From Macrostomum lignano (Eukaryota): a DNA stretch of 64,000 nt. Location of the stretch: assembly GCA_002269645.1 (NCBI GenBank), contig NIVC01001385.1, positions 1 to 64,000 on the forward strand, in the 5' to 3' direction. The notes under the pieces were generated by a model. It was given only the letters and a program-made list of their open reading frames with translations. It ran no database searches and was not told the origin of the DNA. The position numbers and the translations under genes were made by a program. Below, one piece after another: positions 1 through 11,795 of the stretch (within the stretch, counting starts at the first letter, position 1; every line of letters starts with the position of its first letter).

Positions 1-440
1 TCGATTCTCATCCCCCACACATCGATTCTCATCCCCCACACATCGATTCTCATCCCCCACACATCGATTCTCATCCCCCACAGATCGATTCTCATCCCCA
101 CACATCGATTCTCATCCCCCACACATCGATTCTCATCCCCCACACATCGATTCTCATCCCCCACACATCGATTCTCATCCCCACACATCGATTCTCATCC
201 CCCACACATCGATTCTCATCCCCCACACATCGATTCTCATCCCCCACACATCGATTCTCATCCCCCACACATCGATTCTCACCCCCCACACATCGATTCT
301 CATCCCCACACATCGATTCTCATCCCCACAGATCGATTCTCATCCAACAGATCGATTCTCATCCCCAGATCGATTCTCATCCCCCACAGATCGATTCTCA
401 TCCCCCACAGATCGATTCTCATCCCCCACAGATCGATCTC
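1..440. repeat. Minisatellite, ~21-bp unit (cacatcgattctcatccccca), cut by the window start
   Basis: About 20 near-identical tandem copies; ORFs 92..313 and 300..512 are translations of the repeat. Confidence 0.95.
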
Positions 441-782
441 ATCCTCATGAGTCATCGATGAGGTGTATGGTAGGCACTGGTAGTCAGTTAGCGTCCAAGT
501 CTCAATGCGCACCTGCTGCTGTACCGATCTGCAGGCTCAAGGCAGCTATTGAGAGAGCCAATTACGATTATGCAGGCTCGCGATTATTATAATGATGGCT
601 ACGACGATGCTAAATTTAAAGCAGGATGATTTCTAGGCTGAATAAATAGTGACTGGAAATACGAGTACTTCGTAGCTCACATCATTACCGCTGCAATACA
701 GCCAATGAGGAGAGATGAGACAATGTAGTCTCAACAATAGACTACACTACCATAGACTATACGCTCCCATAGACTAAACTAC

Positions 783-2166
783 TGTGGTGACAGGGGAAAT
801 CCCGGTCTTCTCTTCCAGAGTCCGGGCTCGTATACTGACCCTCGCTGTGGTCGCCAACCTACTCGCGTACGACGAGGTGCTGGTCCGGGGGGTCCTTGGG
901 ACAGGCGTACGACGCTCCGATCCCGCCTAAGCGGCCAACCCCAAAACCTCAAAAGAACACGACTGAAGGCTCACGGTTACGGGTGACGTGTGGTCTATTT
1001 CTCCGGGTACACAGGGCAGCACGGCACAGTCGCAAATGAGAACGCGAATGAGTTACAAACTAGCAATCTAGTGCCCCCTTCGGGACGCCCAATAAGCAAG
1101 GAGCAAAAGTTATTCATGGAAAACAATTAAAGGGCAAATTTTCTTAGGAACCTGTTCCTTCTTCACTTTTAAAAATCACCTTATTCAAGTAAAATTGTCA
1201 CGGACAAAGATTTTTGCTGTGAATCTCTTTTTTCTAAAAATAACAAAGACGACAAAATGAAGCTTTCACAAAGGTAACAGACATTCCCCTTAAATAGAAA
1301 ACATCCCCAAGAAAGCAAGCATCCCCCCCAGATAGCAAGCATCCCCCCAGACAGCAAGCACCCCCAGACAGCAAGCATCCCCAGATAGCAAGCATCCCCC
1401 AGACAGCAAGCACCCCCAGATAGCAAGCATCCCCAGATAGCAAGCATCCCTCAGATAGCAAGCATCCCCCAGATAGCAATTAAGCATCTCCCAGATAGCA
1501 AGCATCCCCCAGACAGCAAGCATCCCCCAGACAGCAAGCACCCCCAGATAGCAAGCATCCCCCAGATAGCAAGCATCCCCAGATAGCAAGCATCCCTCAG
1601 ATAGCAAGCATCCCCCAGATAGCAATTAAGCATCTCCCAGATAGCAAGCATCCCCAGACAGCAAGCACCCCCAGATAGCAAGCATCCCCAGATAGCAAGC
1701 ATCCCCAGATAGCAAGCATCCCCCAGATAGCAAGCATCCCTCAGATAGCAAGCATCCCCCAGATAGCAATTAAGCATCTCCCAGATAGCAAGCATCCCAG
1801 CAGACGACGGCCGCGCGGCTTAGAGAGGCCAACCCATGCTGGATGAAGGAATACTATGGATTGCTCATCTGAAATCATATATGGTCAATAGTATTCCTTC
1901 AACTATGGGCCAACCGCCCCAAACAGCGCGAGGGAGGGGTAGGCTCAGTCAATCAGACTGCATGCTTCACGGCCCAGACAACAATGTCTACCCCAGCTAA
2001 AGCCAAACGCCAGGCTGTACGCAGGCTTACTCATGACAAAAAGGGCAGAATTAGAGACTAAGGGTGGGCCGGTTTTCACCAGTTCGGCACGCGCGTAGAG
2101 GAGAAATAAACAAGCAGAGAGGACATTGCGTCCTTTAAATGGACTGGGGGAGGTGTACTCACCACA
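783..2166. mobile_element. Solo LTR (Gypsy-like) with an internal minisatellite expansion
   Basis: Ends TGTGGTG...CACCACA (7-bp inverted termini); 4-bp duplication CTAC at 779-782 and 2167-2170; AATAAA ~60 bp before the right end; no coding remnant. Confidence 0.7.
1312..1800. repeat. Minisatellite, 18-19-bp unit (cagatagcaagcatcccc), inside the solo LTR
   Basis: Tandem copies with variable C-run length. Confidence 0.95.
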
Positions 2167-2690
2167 CTACCATAGACTATACGCTCCCATAGACTGAACT
2201 ACCATAGACTATATTCCCATAAAGTCATAGACTATACTCCCATAGACTGAACTACCATAGACTATATTCCCATAAAGTCATAGACTATACTCCCATAGAC
2301 TGAACTACCATAGACTATACTCCCATAGACTATACTCCCATAGACTATACTCCCATAGACTATACTCCCTTAGACTATACTCCCATAGACTATACTCCCA
2401 TGGACTATACTCCCATAGACTATACTCCCATAGACTATACTCCCATAGACTATACTCCCTTAGACTATAGTCACTGACTATAATCCCATAGATTATAGTC
2501 CCATAGGCTAGTCCAATACACTAGTGCCATAGAAAATTCCCATAGACTATAGTCATAGAGATTATAGTCCCGTAGACTATGATCCCTTAAACTAGTCCCA
2601 TAGATTATATTCTCGTAGACTTATTCTCCCATAGAGTAATCCCATAGACTATAGTCTCATCAAGTAGTCCCATAGACTTCTAAGCCTATT
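2167..2690. repeat. Degenerating 15-bp repeat (ccatagactatactc); its left part is at ~745-782
   Basis: Tandem copies decaying rightwards; array split by the LTR insertion. Confidence 0.85.
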
Positions 2691-3199
2691 CTTATAACGG
2701 AGATTCGGAAATTATATACACTACAATAATTATTATCAGCACTACTCATAGTTATAATTCTCAACAACGATAATAATTAGATAAATAATATATTACTGAC
2801 ATTCCGACTTAAAATTCACAACTGATCAATAGCAAATAAAGGCAAAGATTCAAGCAATTTTTATAATCATTATAATGAGTCGCACTTATCCAAAATCCCA
2901 TTAAAAATTATAACTTATCCCATTTTAACTAAGCAGAAGATACGAGCTGGGAAATAAAGAGCAAAATGACAAATCTATCTCACTATCTATCTCAGTCTAT
3001 CTCACTAAACCACAGTGGAGTGGAGTGGAGTTAAATCGTGGAGTTTAAGGTCTCTGAAGCATAGCCAGAATCAGATACAGTTTACAAGCTAGATGAACTG
3101 CGGTATTTCAAAACAAACCAACAAGTGCACAACAGAACCAGGCGAGCAAAACGAGTTAACAGGTAGTTATAAATACCCAGCAACTTCAGAAATGAGCGA

Positions 3200-3458
3200 A
3201 GCCTGCCTTGAACCCCATCGAGCATGTCCGGGACTTCGTAAAGCGAGGAGTTCAGCAGGGAGTCCAGCAGAATGCTGAACAGTTGCTACGGGCGGCTCTG
3301 AACGCCTGGCTTTCAGTTTTAGTTTTAAAATAGCCATCGTTATTATGCTGTGTCCACCTAGACTGCGTGTGGGTATGACTATGGGGGGGGGGTTCGCAAT
3401 AGACGAAGAGTTCCAGTCTCCAAGACCGCTTCTCACTCAATGTTTTTGCACTTGAACT
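3200..3458 (+). mobile_element. Tc1/mariner transposase C-terminal fragment
   Basis: Frame from 3202 reads PALNPIEHVRDFVKRGVQQGVQQNAEQLLRAALNAW, matching the Tc1 SPDLNPIEHxW..LKR motif; possible TIR remnant (revcomp CAGTTCAAGTGCAAAA) ends ~3458; no TA TSD seen. Confidence 0.55.
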
Positions 3459-3625
3459 GGGGAATTGACGCCCCAATTTTCTTCCCTCATCTGAATGTGC
3501 GCTCGTGGTTGCCAAGCAGTTCTACATAAAAAACTCAAGTTATCAAAGCGGGCGCGAAGCCTCCCGGGATGTCAACACACGGAGCAGAAACTGCAGAATC
3601 CAAGCCAACTGCTACCAACGGCACA

Positions 3626-4692
3626 ATGCTTTCTCTGCTCATCTTCTGCGCTGTCATGGCAGCGGCTGCCACGGCTGAGAAGCCCTGCTGGAGTCTCCAG
3701 CGAGGTGACCTCACCGAGTACCGGGTGCTGGCGGTGAAGCTGGCGGTCAACGACATTCACTGCGTGACTTCTGCTGAGAACGCGGAAGCCGTCCGCTTCG
3801 ACGCGGCCTCGGGCTCCTGCTCGCTGCTGGCGTGCGATCGGGGAGCGATGGATGCCTGCAGGAAGTGCCGGCACGCCAGCGACTCCAGCCTGCCTCAGCT
3901 GTGGGTGAGTGAGCTGGGCTTTGCTTTGCGGCTTCTGCACTTTGCAGCACCGCATCAATATGCGTGCACGAAATGCAGCACCGCATCAATATGCGTGCAC
4001 GAAATGCAGCACCGCATCAATATGCGTGCATGAAATGCAGCACCGCATCAATATGCGTGCACGAAATGCAGCACTGCATCAATATGCGTACACGAAATGC
4101 AGCACCGCATCGCCCATTGTAGATGAGGAAGCCGGTGAAGTGCTGGACGACCTTCCAGCGCAGAGTCGACGGCTCCATCAGCTTTAACCGGAACTGGGCG
4201 GACCACGCGAGCGGATTCGGTCAGGGCGAGAGTCTCAACTACTGGATGGGACTGGAGCAGCTCCACCAGCTCACCGCCACCGGAGTGTGGAGAGTCCGCT
4301 GGGAGTTCAGCGACTGGAACGGCACCTGGTACTGGGCTGAGAATGCTCCGTTCTCTGTTGGCCCAGCGAGCGACAAGTACAGGTGCTCGATGGGACCTCT
4401 GGACGCGAGCAGGTCGAGTGTCGGACAGCGGACTGAAGCGAACTTCTCGTCGAACAACTGGCAGTTCAGCACTCCGGACTCCGACAACGACAATTGGAGC
4501 GAAGGAAGCTGCGCACAGGACAGGCAGGCTGGCTGGTGGTACGGCGAGTGCTCATTCACGGACCCGAACGGAGTCTACAAAGAGTATCCCAATATTAACA
4601 CACGGGGGCTTTATTACTATCTTAATGAGTCTGGTAGCGCACTTGTTTTGTCCTACTCGATGAAGACGTTTGAGTGCCTGCTTTTTAATTGA
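3626..4692 (+). CDS. Secreted fibrinogen-related domain (FReD) protein with an N-terminal Cys-rich PAN/apple-like module; exons 3626-3904 and 4123-4692 (~282 aa)
   Basis: Signal peptide MLSLLIFCAVMAAAATA; donor TGG|GTGAGT and acceptor TTGTAG|ATG both phase 0; FBG motifs WTTFQRRVDGSISFNRNW..GFG, YWMGLEQLHQLT, FSTPDSDND, GWWYGEC..DPNGVY. Confidence 0.88.
3944..4111. repeat. 31-bp tandem repeat filling the FReD intron
   Basis: gcagcaccgcatcaatatgcgtgcacgaaat, ~5 copies. Confidence 0.9.
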
Positions 4693-6122
4693 GATGCTTC
4701 GTGCTCAAAACTGCGATCAGCAGTAGTTTCTGATGTGCGCTCTGATGTGCCAGCGGCCCAGGCTCGATTCCAAGTTTAGTTTGGGCTGAATTGGAATCTC
4801 GGCTTGGCTCTGCTCGTGCAATTAACGCCTTTGAGACCCAACCCCCTAAGTCATAGTGAAGTGTATATGCCTAACGATAAATAAAGTTAGGGCCGCTGTG
4901 CACTCCTGTGTGAGTGTGTGCCTGCGTATGACTGCGTACGTTTCCGCGCGCCTTTGTGCCTGCTTAGGGGAGTCGGCGGAATAAGCAGTAATGCCTCTCG
5001 CCGGTTGTGTGACAATGTCTCTTAAAGTGCGCCGGGGTGTACACAGACCCCTGCCTCTAATAAGTCAATGAAGAAGTCATTGGGCCTTTTCATATTACCA
5101 ATTCCAGAACCAGAATCGGTTCGGAATTCCAAGAAAACACCAGTATAACTATTAAACTCTGTTAATATTTGACTGCCGTAACAACCTAACTTAGCACAAT
5201 TTTTCACTTTCTTCTTGGCGATTGTCATTCAATAATAAAAACTTTATCGCACGTATCTCCCTCTAGTTATGGAGACAAAAAGTTATACTTCACAAATTGG
5301 TTCTGGTTCTGGAACCAGAGCAAGCAATATGAAAAGGCTCATTGATTCTAGATTTACAAGTAAATATTCAATTGACCTGCCGCTTGTCACGCTGTCTCGG
5401 TCATTCAATTTATTGTTCAAAAATGTTTTCCCTCTTTCTGTTTTCGAAACTTTGAAGGGTTTACTGAATGTTTCTTATGGTTATATTTTTATAGTGACAA
5501 TTAAAATTCTTATATATCTGTGATACTAAGCCTTGTGTACTAAACGTAATTTTGTAACTGTGCAAACAAATAAATATCTTCACATTTTTATCTTTCCCTG
5601 CAAAAAAGTGTTAAAACTGATAAATAATGATTGTTGACTTTCTAATTGCTCGTATTTTTAATTATTTCTACGAGTAGTATGCTAAAAATTATTTCAAATT
5701 ATTTTTAAGCTGCATATTATACTCAAGTACTCAACAGCAGTAAAGTGCGCAGTAAAGTCTAGCTCACAGTTGACTTTTGAGTGACGCAACTTTGCGCCAC
5801 GCGACGCAGAGTTGGACTGGGTGAGGAGCGATTGGGAAGAGGGATTTTGGCACTAGGGGGTTTTGCTCAGAGGGGCATTGTCAGGATGAAGTTGTCTTCA
5901 GGAGACTGAGGCCATGCAGACACTGATCTGGTTATTCAGTCAGAAATGCTCCCCTTCTATCGCAGATCCCTCAGTCCACTCAGTCGGTCGGCTGCTTGGC
6001 TTCCAATGCGCAATAAAATTTATTAGCGAGGGGCAACACAGAAAGCAGGCAAACTCAAACCAGCATTTTTGTAGCTAATGCATATGCATGACTTTGTCGC
6101 AGACAGCTAACAGACGGGGATA

Positions 6123-6240
<118 letters not shown>

Positions 6241-6280
6241 AAATGCCGTCCCGTTTCCCCAACCTCGACCCCCAACTCAC

Positions 6281-7075
6281 GGGGCTTGACTCCGCTAGCC
6301 AGAGACACATTAACATAAGCATTGGCGCCTACGTCAACATCCTTCGCAACCGAAGGACTGCTGAAGATGATCAGCGTGCTGGGGCTCGCTGTGCCTTCGT
6401 CGATTTCGATGGTAAAATGCGCGGTTGCGAACTCTGGCGAATTGTCGTTGACGTCGGTGAGGGTGACGGCCAGCTGCTTTCAGCTGATTTCAGGCCCGGG
6501 CCGTCCGTGGCTTGCCAGAGAGAATAAATTCAATTCAGTGGGGAGAGTCAGAGGGACAGAGAGTCAGAGGAAGTAAGAGAGTCAGGGACCACAGAATGTA
6601 CGCATGATGCTCAATCACGCATTTTAAGAAAATATCTTGCCCAATAATTATATCCTACAGTAGCTACTCTCACTGTGAAGAAAAATAAAGTAGGCTGAAA
6701 GGCACCTTGCAACCTATATCTTCACGAACTGGTGCAGCCAATTGATTGTCGCTCAGCAGCCAAATGCCAACCAAGGACCCACGAGTCCTAGTAGTCCTTG
6801 ATGCCAACCAGATTGGTAAAGGGGTTTTTCGTTAGCATAGGTAAAGCTCATGGCGTAGCGCAGGCTCTGCGATTTGTCACCGTCGGAGCAGAAGGTCGGC
6901 GACGCCGTCTCAATAGCGTAGAGCTCCGTGCCCAGGGCGACGTCCTCGCGGATGCCTGACAGAGTTTTGGTGCTCGATGTGCAGCTTGGGGTGAACAGGT
7001 TGACGTCCTTGATGACCACTGTGCAGGTGGCTGTGTTGGGTCCTGCACCGTTGCCATCCGTTGATCCGTTTGATC
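6281..7075 (-). pseudogene. Two cadherin-repeat exons (~6800-7075 and 6281-6510) with apparent 1-nt frameshifts: pseudogene or assembly indels
   Basis: STDG..TATCTVVIKDVNLFTPSC, IREDVALGT, SDGDK..LRY; then ATDGPGLKSAE/(shift)[36 protein letters not shown] ending at donor GTGAGT (6280); cadherin DXNDNxP and AxDxDxG motifs. Confidence 0.7.
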
Positions 7076-7085
7076 CTTTAGAGTG

Positions 7086-7854
<769 letters not shown>

Positions 7855-8424
7855 TTTTCCAAACTGGCAATACTTTTCAGAGAATCAGTGAATGAAATTT
7901 CGTCACGAATTCTCCATAGTCTATGGTGCAGAGATTACAGACACCTGAATCCCAAGCTTCGTCAGTTCGACAAGGAGTGTACTTTTGTAAACAAACATTA
8001 ACGATTTCGTAGAAACAAACGGCAGAGTACATTAGCGTGTTATTATAAGAACAAGAGTAGAAGTAGAAGAGGCGCAAATAGTTGTTTAAAATAGTCGCAA
8101 ATCAGATCAGACGTCTTTGTTCAAGCTCTCTCAGCTCATTGAGCGCATCCTCATGTCCGTCTGGAATTTCCTCCTACATCTTCTAAAACTTTGTAAGATT
8201 AAATAAATGGCCCCAGATTAAAGTGAACAAATCTCGCCTTCTCCTGAAATTTTGGCTCAACTCTCTACCCATTAGCGCATCGGAGACAGACTTGACCATA
8301 GACATTATCTGCTCAACTCCAACCATGGATCTTATACAGAATGGCTTATCTAGGGAATATAAGATCTATGACTTCAACACCCAGCCTCTCTCAAGTGACT
8401 CTTCCAAAGTGACTCTTCCAAGCA

Positions 8425-11294
8425 CTACTCAGAGCGGCGGATCTCCATCAACTGCATTGGAGCCGAAGCGTGCGAATCAAGCAGCTGCTGACGGCTGCCG
8501 TCACCCCCAGCGACGCTGCTGCTGACAGTGTGGCTGCTGGAAATGCGAAGTCGTCTTTGATGCAAAGCGGCAGCTCCAGCGTTAGTGGGAGGCTGCGCAC
8601 TGCCAGCAGCTCTGGGCTCAACCAGCAGCTGGCAGACTTGACGACGGAAGTTGGCGTTGAACGCGTAGAACACGAAGAAGCTGCAGGCGCTGTCGATGGT
8701 CACCAGCAGGTCGTTCACCGGAACCATCCAGTCCGGAAGCAGCTGGTAAATCTCAAACGTGATGAAGATGGCGCCAGGCAGCTCAAAGATGGAGAATGAG
8801 ATCGCCAGCACCAGCACGATGCGGGTGGCCGTGCGCCAACTGCGAGCCTCCGAGTTCGTAGTTCCGTTGGCGTTCGCGTTGGCATTGACGTTTGCGGCGG
8901 TGTCGGCGGTCTCACCAGGCTGGTTGCCCCTGGCAACAGCCAGCTGAGCGGCGGTGACGCCGGAGGCCAGCAGGATCAGCGGCACGGGCAGGTAAGTCTG
9001 AGGCGTCCTCGTCAGCGGCAGCATCACGTCCACCAGGAACCGCTCGCTGCCGTTGGCCACCAGACGCCACGCGGCGAAGGTGCCGGGCCCGGCGGCGGCC
9101 GCGACCAGCAGCAGGACGCCGAAGCTGCAGAGCTGGAAGCGGCGCGTCAGCCAGCGGCGGAAGCCGATGGGCTTGAAGGTGGCCAGACAGCGGAACACGC
9201 TGATGCAGGCCGTCCACATGTTCTTCACGGCCACGCTGAACGACACCCAGCAGTAGCTCACCTGAGGGCAAACAGATTTGTACGCGAGTTTCTTCTGAGA
9301 CGATTTGAAATTATAGTCTGGAGTCTTTCAGACCATTGACAGAATTTTTTTCCATTTTCTTTCCATCATAAAATTTGTAATTCTCTTTCGCGGCGCGTGA
9401 CATGCAACTGAGTTTCCATTCGAAAGCATGCAGCTGAATTTTAATGTTCCAATTAACCGGCGATTTAACAGCCTTAGGGATCGAACTCTAATAAAATAAA
9501 GCTTTCATTTCCGATAGAGGCGTTGGAGGTCCCTGAGGGTGCATCCCATCCACTGTAAGCCTACTCTCCGCAAATCAGGGCTATCTAAAATTTATTAAAT
9601 CTCGATTACTTCTTTTTTACAGAACGTGATGCTGTCGGCACAAGCAAAAAATGTAAAAAATATTTGTTAAGTTCTTTGAAGCAAGGCTAACCATGGTTGA
9701 CATTGTATTGTAACTTTGTATTATATGTAATGTTAGTAGTATTGTGCGTTTTCAAACCGAATGACGCGTTGGTAAATATTCTTCGTTTGTACGAATTTTT
9801 ACTGTTTACGAGTAGTTTGTTGAGCAATTTTACCATTGACTCTATTTGCTAACACTAACACAATCTGCATAGCTTACACGAGAGCAAGCCATGGATGCTA
9901 TATACACACTACAGGTCCATGGACTACTAGAGAAGTGTTCCTAGTGGTCCTCGTACAGGTCCCTGCTGTGCTACGTCCTGGGACTAATAAAAATATCTCT
10001 ATTAATAATAATAATAATTATTATTATTGATTACAACTACTTTATGAGACAGATGTGCAACCGACAGCTCAGCCGCAGCTATTGCGCGGCGCATCTGAAG
10101 GCTGCGTACGGCTGTTCAGTCCAAGGACTGGGGGGTCGCCACACACACCCTCAATTACCCAGCTAATTCTGGCACCCATTTTACAGCTGGGTGAACTGAA
10201 GCAATGCAGAGTTGAGTGTCTTGCTCAGGGACACAGACTGTTCGGAGTGGGTCGAGAATCGAACCCCTGACCCGACCTTTCAGTCGTGAGTGCGAGGAGG
10301 CTGTCCGACGAAAGGAAACCAGCGCACAAAGGCAAGGGGCCGAGTTTTTCTCTACATCGGAATGATATCTGCAGTTCAAATTGCAGAAACCCAACGGCAT
10401 CAAGTACAACTCAAACGAAAGCGCAAAACGGGAATGGGAACTTCTGTTCTAATCCAATTATGAGTACCATATGAATAGGTAAATCAGTTTGTCGTAACAC
10501 TCAAGCGACGTGTTATCCTATTCCCTTTTCACTGTTTTTTGAAGTTTCTTAATCAAGCCTTTTAAAACTGTTTTCTATAGACAAGTAGCTGACGTGATGA
10601 AATTGTAATGCCTACTTATTTTAGCCAACTTCTCTGTAGTAAACGCATTTGGTAAAGAAAAAGTTGATTCCATCGACTGAATTCATATTAGACTAATGAC
10701 ATTGAGTCTTACCTCCAGTAGAATGTCTTAGAAATTGATAATCAACTAAGGAGCTGCAATGAGGAGCGCCCTGGCTGCATAGCGACTGTGATTCGGATGA
10801 GTCATAAAATATTCTTCAATATTCACGCTCAAACAGACCAACAGTGAGCAGGTGAAGTCAAATTATTGCAATTTAGATAATTATGGCATGCACGCATCCA
10901 TGCAAGCAGCGATCGATATCAAAAAAGCATTCCAGATCCACTTCAAAGCTATTAATAAAGTGCATGTACTTCAGCTCACATCGAACAAGGTGTTCGCCAG
11001 TGACGCCTCTCGAGTGTGCTCCGACATGAGCAGCGCCAGGTCGAACGGCATGTAGCCACAGGCGGCCAGGCAGTAGTTGACGTGGGCCAGCTGCATCAGG
11101 ATGAGGCCGACGTCGAACACCTCCCGGTTGCGCAGGTACTTGCGGACCAGCAGCGTCAGCGACAGGCAGCTGAGCATCAGGCCGGTGGCTGCTGCGGGAA
11201 TGGTGACGGCCCGCACTGCGATGTACAGCCTGCTGTACCCGGGACCCGTGGCGTTGCTGGCCTTGGGGCTTGAGCTGATGTTGACGTCCGGCAT
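8425..11294 (-). CDS. Class A (rhodopsin-like) GPCR, peptide/FMRFamide-receptor-like; exons 11294-10980 and 9261-8425 (~383 aa)
   Basis: Phase-0 splice GAT|GTGAGC ... CTCAG|GTG joins NTLFD to VSYCWV; multiple hydrophobic helices; N-terminal N-glycosylation sequons; TM3 end SVFRCLA; TM6 FSIFELP; TM7/helix 8 NDLLVTIDSACSFFVFYAFNANFRR. Confidence 0.85.
10003..10320 (-). mobile_element. tRNA-derived CORE-type SINE in the GPCR intron
   Basis: cccattttacagctgggtgaactgaagcaatgcagagttgagtgtcttgctcagggacaca resembles the MIR/CORE domain; B-box GGTTCGATTCT on the minus strand (~10255-10265); (AAT/ATT)n tail at ~10003-10030. Confidence 0.7.
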
Positions 11295-11795
11295 CTTTCG
11301 TAAGACAATTTGCTCTATCAGTTCTGAACGAACATAGCGTGACTTTCTGGGAGATTTGACGATTCAACAGGCTTTCTTATCGTGTAGATGGGATGCTTGG
11401 AATGGGATGCTCTTGTCTTTTATCCCTCTGTCTAAGTCTCTACGGCCTTGTCACATGATTGGCCATGGCCAGTTTCTTGTTTCTGTTACGGCGAAACAGC
11501 ATAAGAAAACAGAAAAAGCAGATTATCAAAAAACTAGACGAAAGGTAAATTATCAAGCAAAACACTAACGTAGTGCATCCTCCAGCATACACAGTTGCTT
11601 TGTCGGAATTTGAAATTAAAAAGAAACATTGTTAGACATCAAAGCAGAGTGGAGGAGAAGTAAAGGAGACATCAAACTTTCTTTTTCTAATTAATTTGGT
11701 CATGAGAATTAGGCGAGTTATCTACTCTCTTGACGTTGCCTTTTGAAAAAGTAAGAGCGTGCTTAAGCGGCTCGAAATCGCGTATAGTCATTTAA

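Noticed and set aside
4745-4805. tRNA B-box-like GCTCGATTCC followed by a hairpin
   Set aside because: No A-box or cloverleaf; too short to call a tRNA or SINE.
8922-8936. RFX X-box match GTTGCC-CCT-GGCAAC
   Set aside because: Inside the GPCR coding exon, not a promoter; a single degenerate match is expected by chance.
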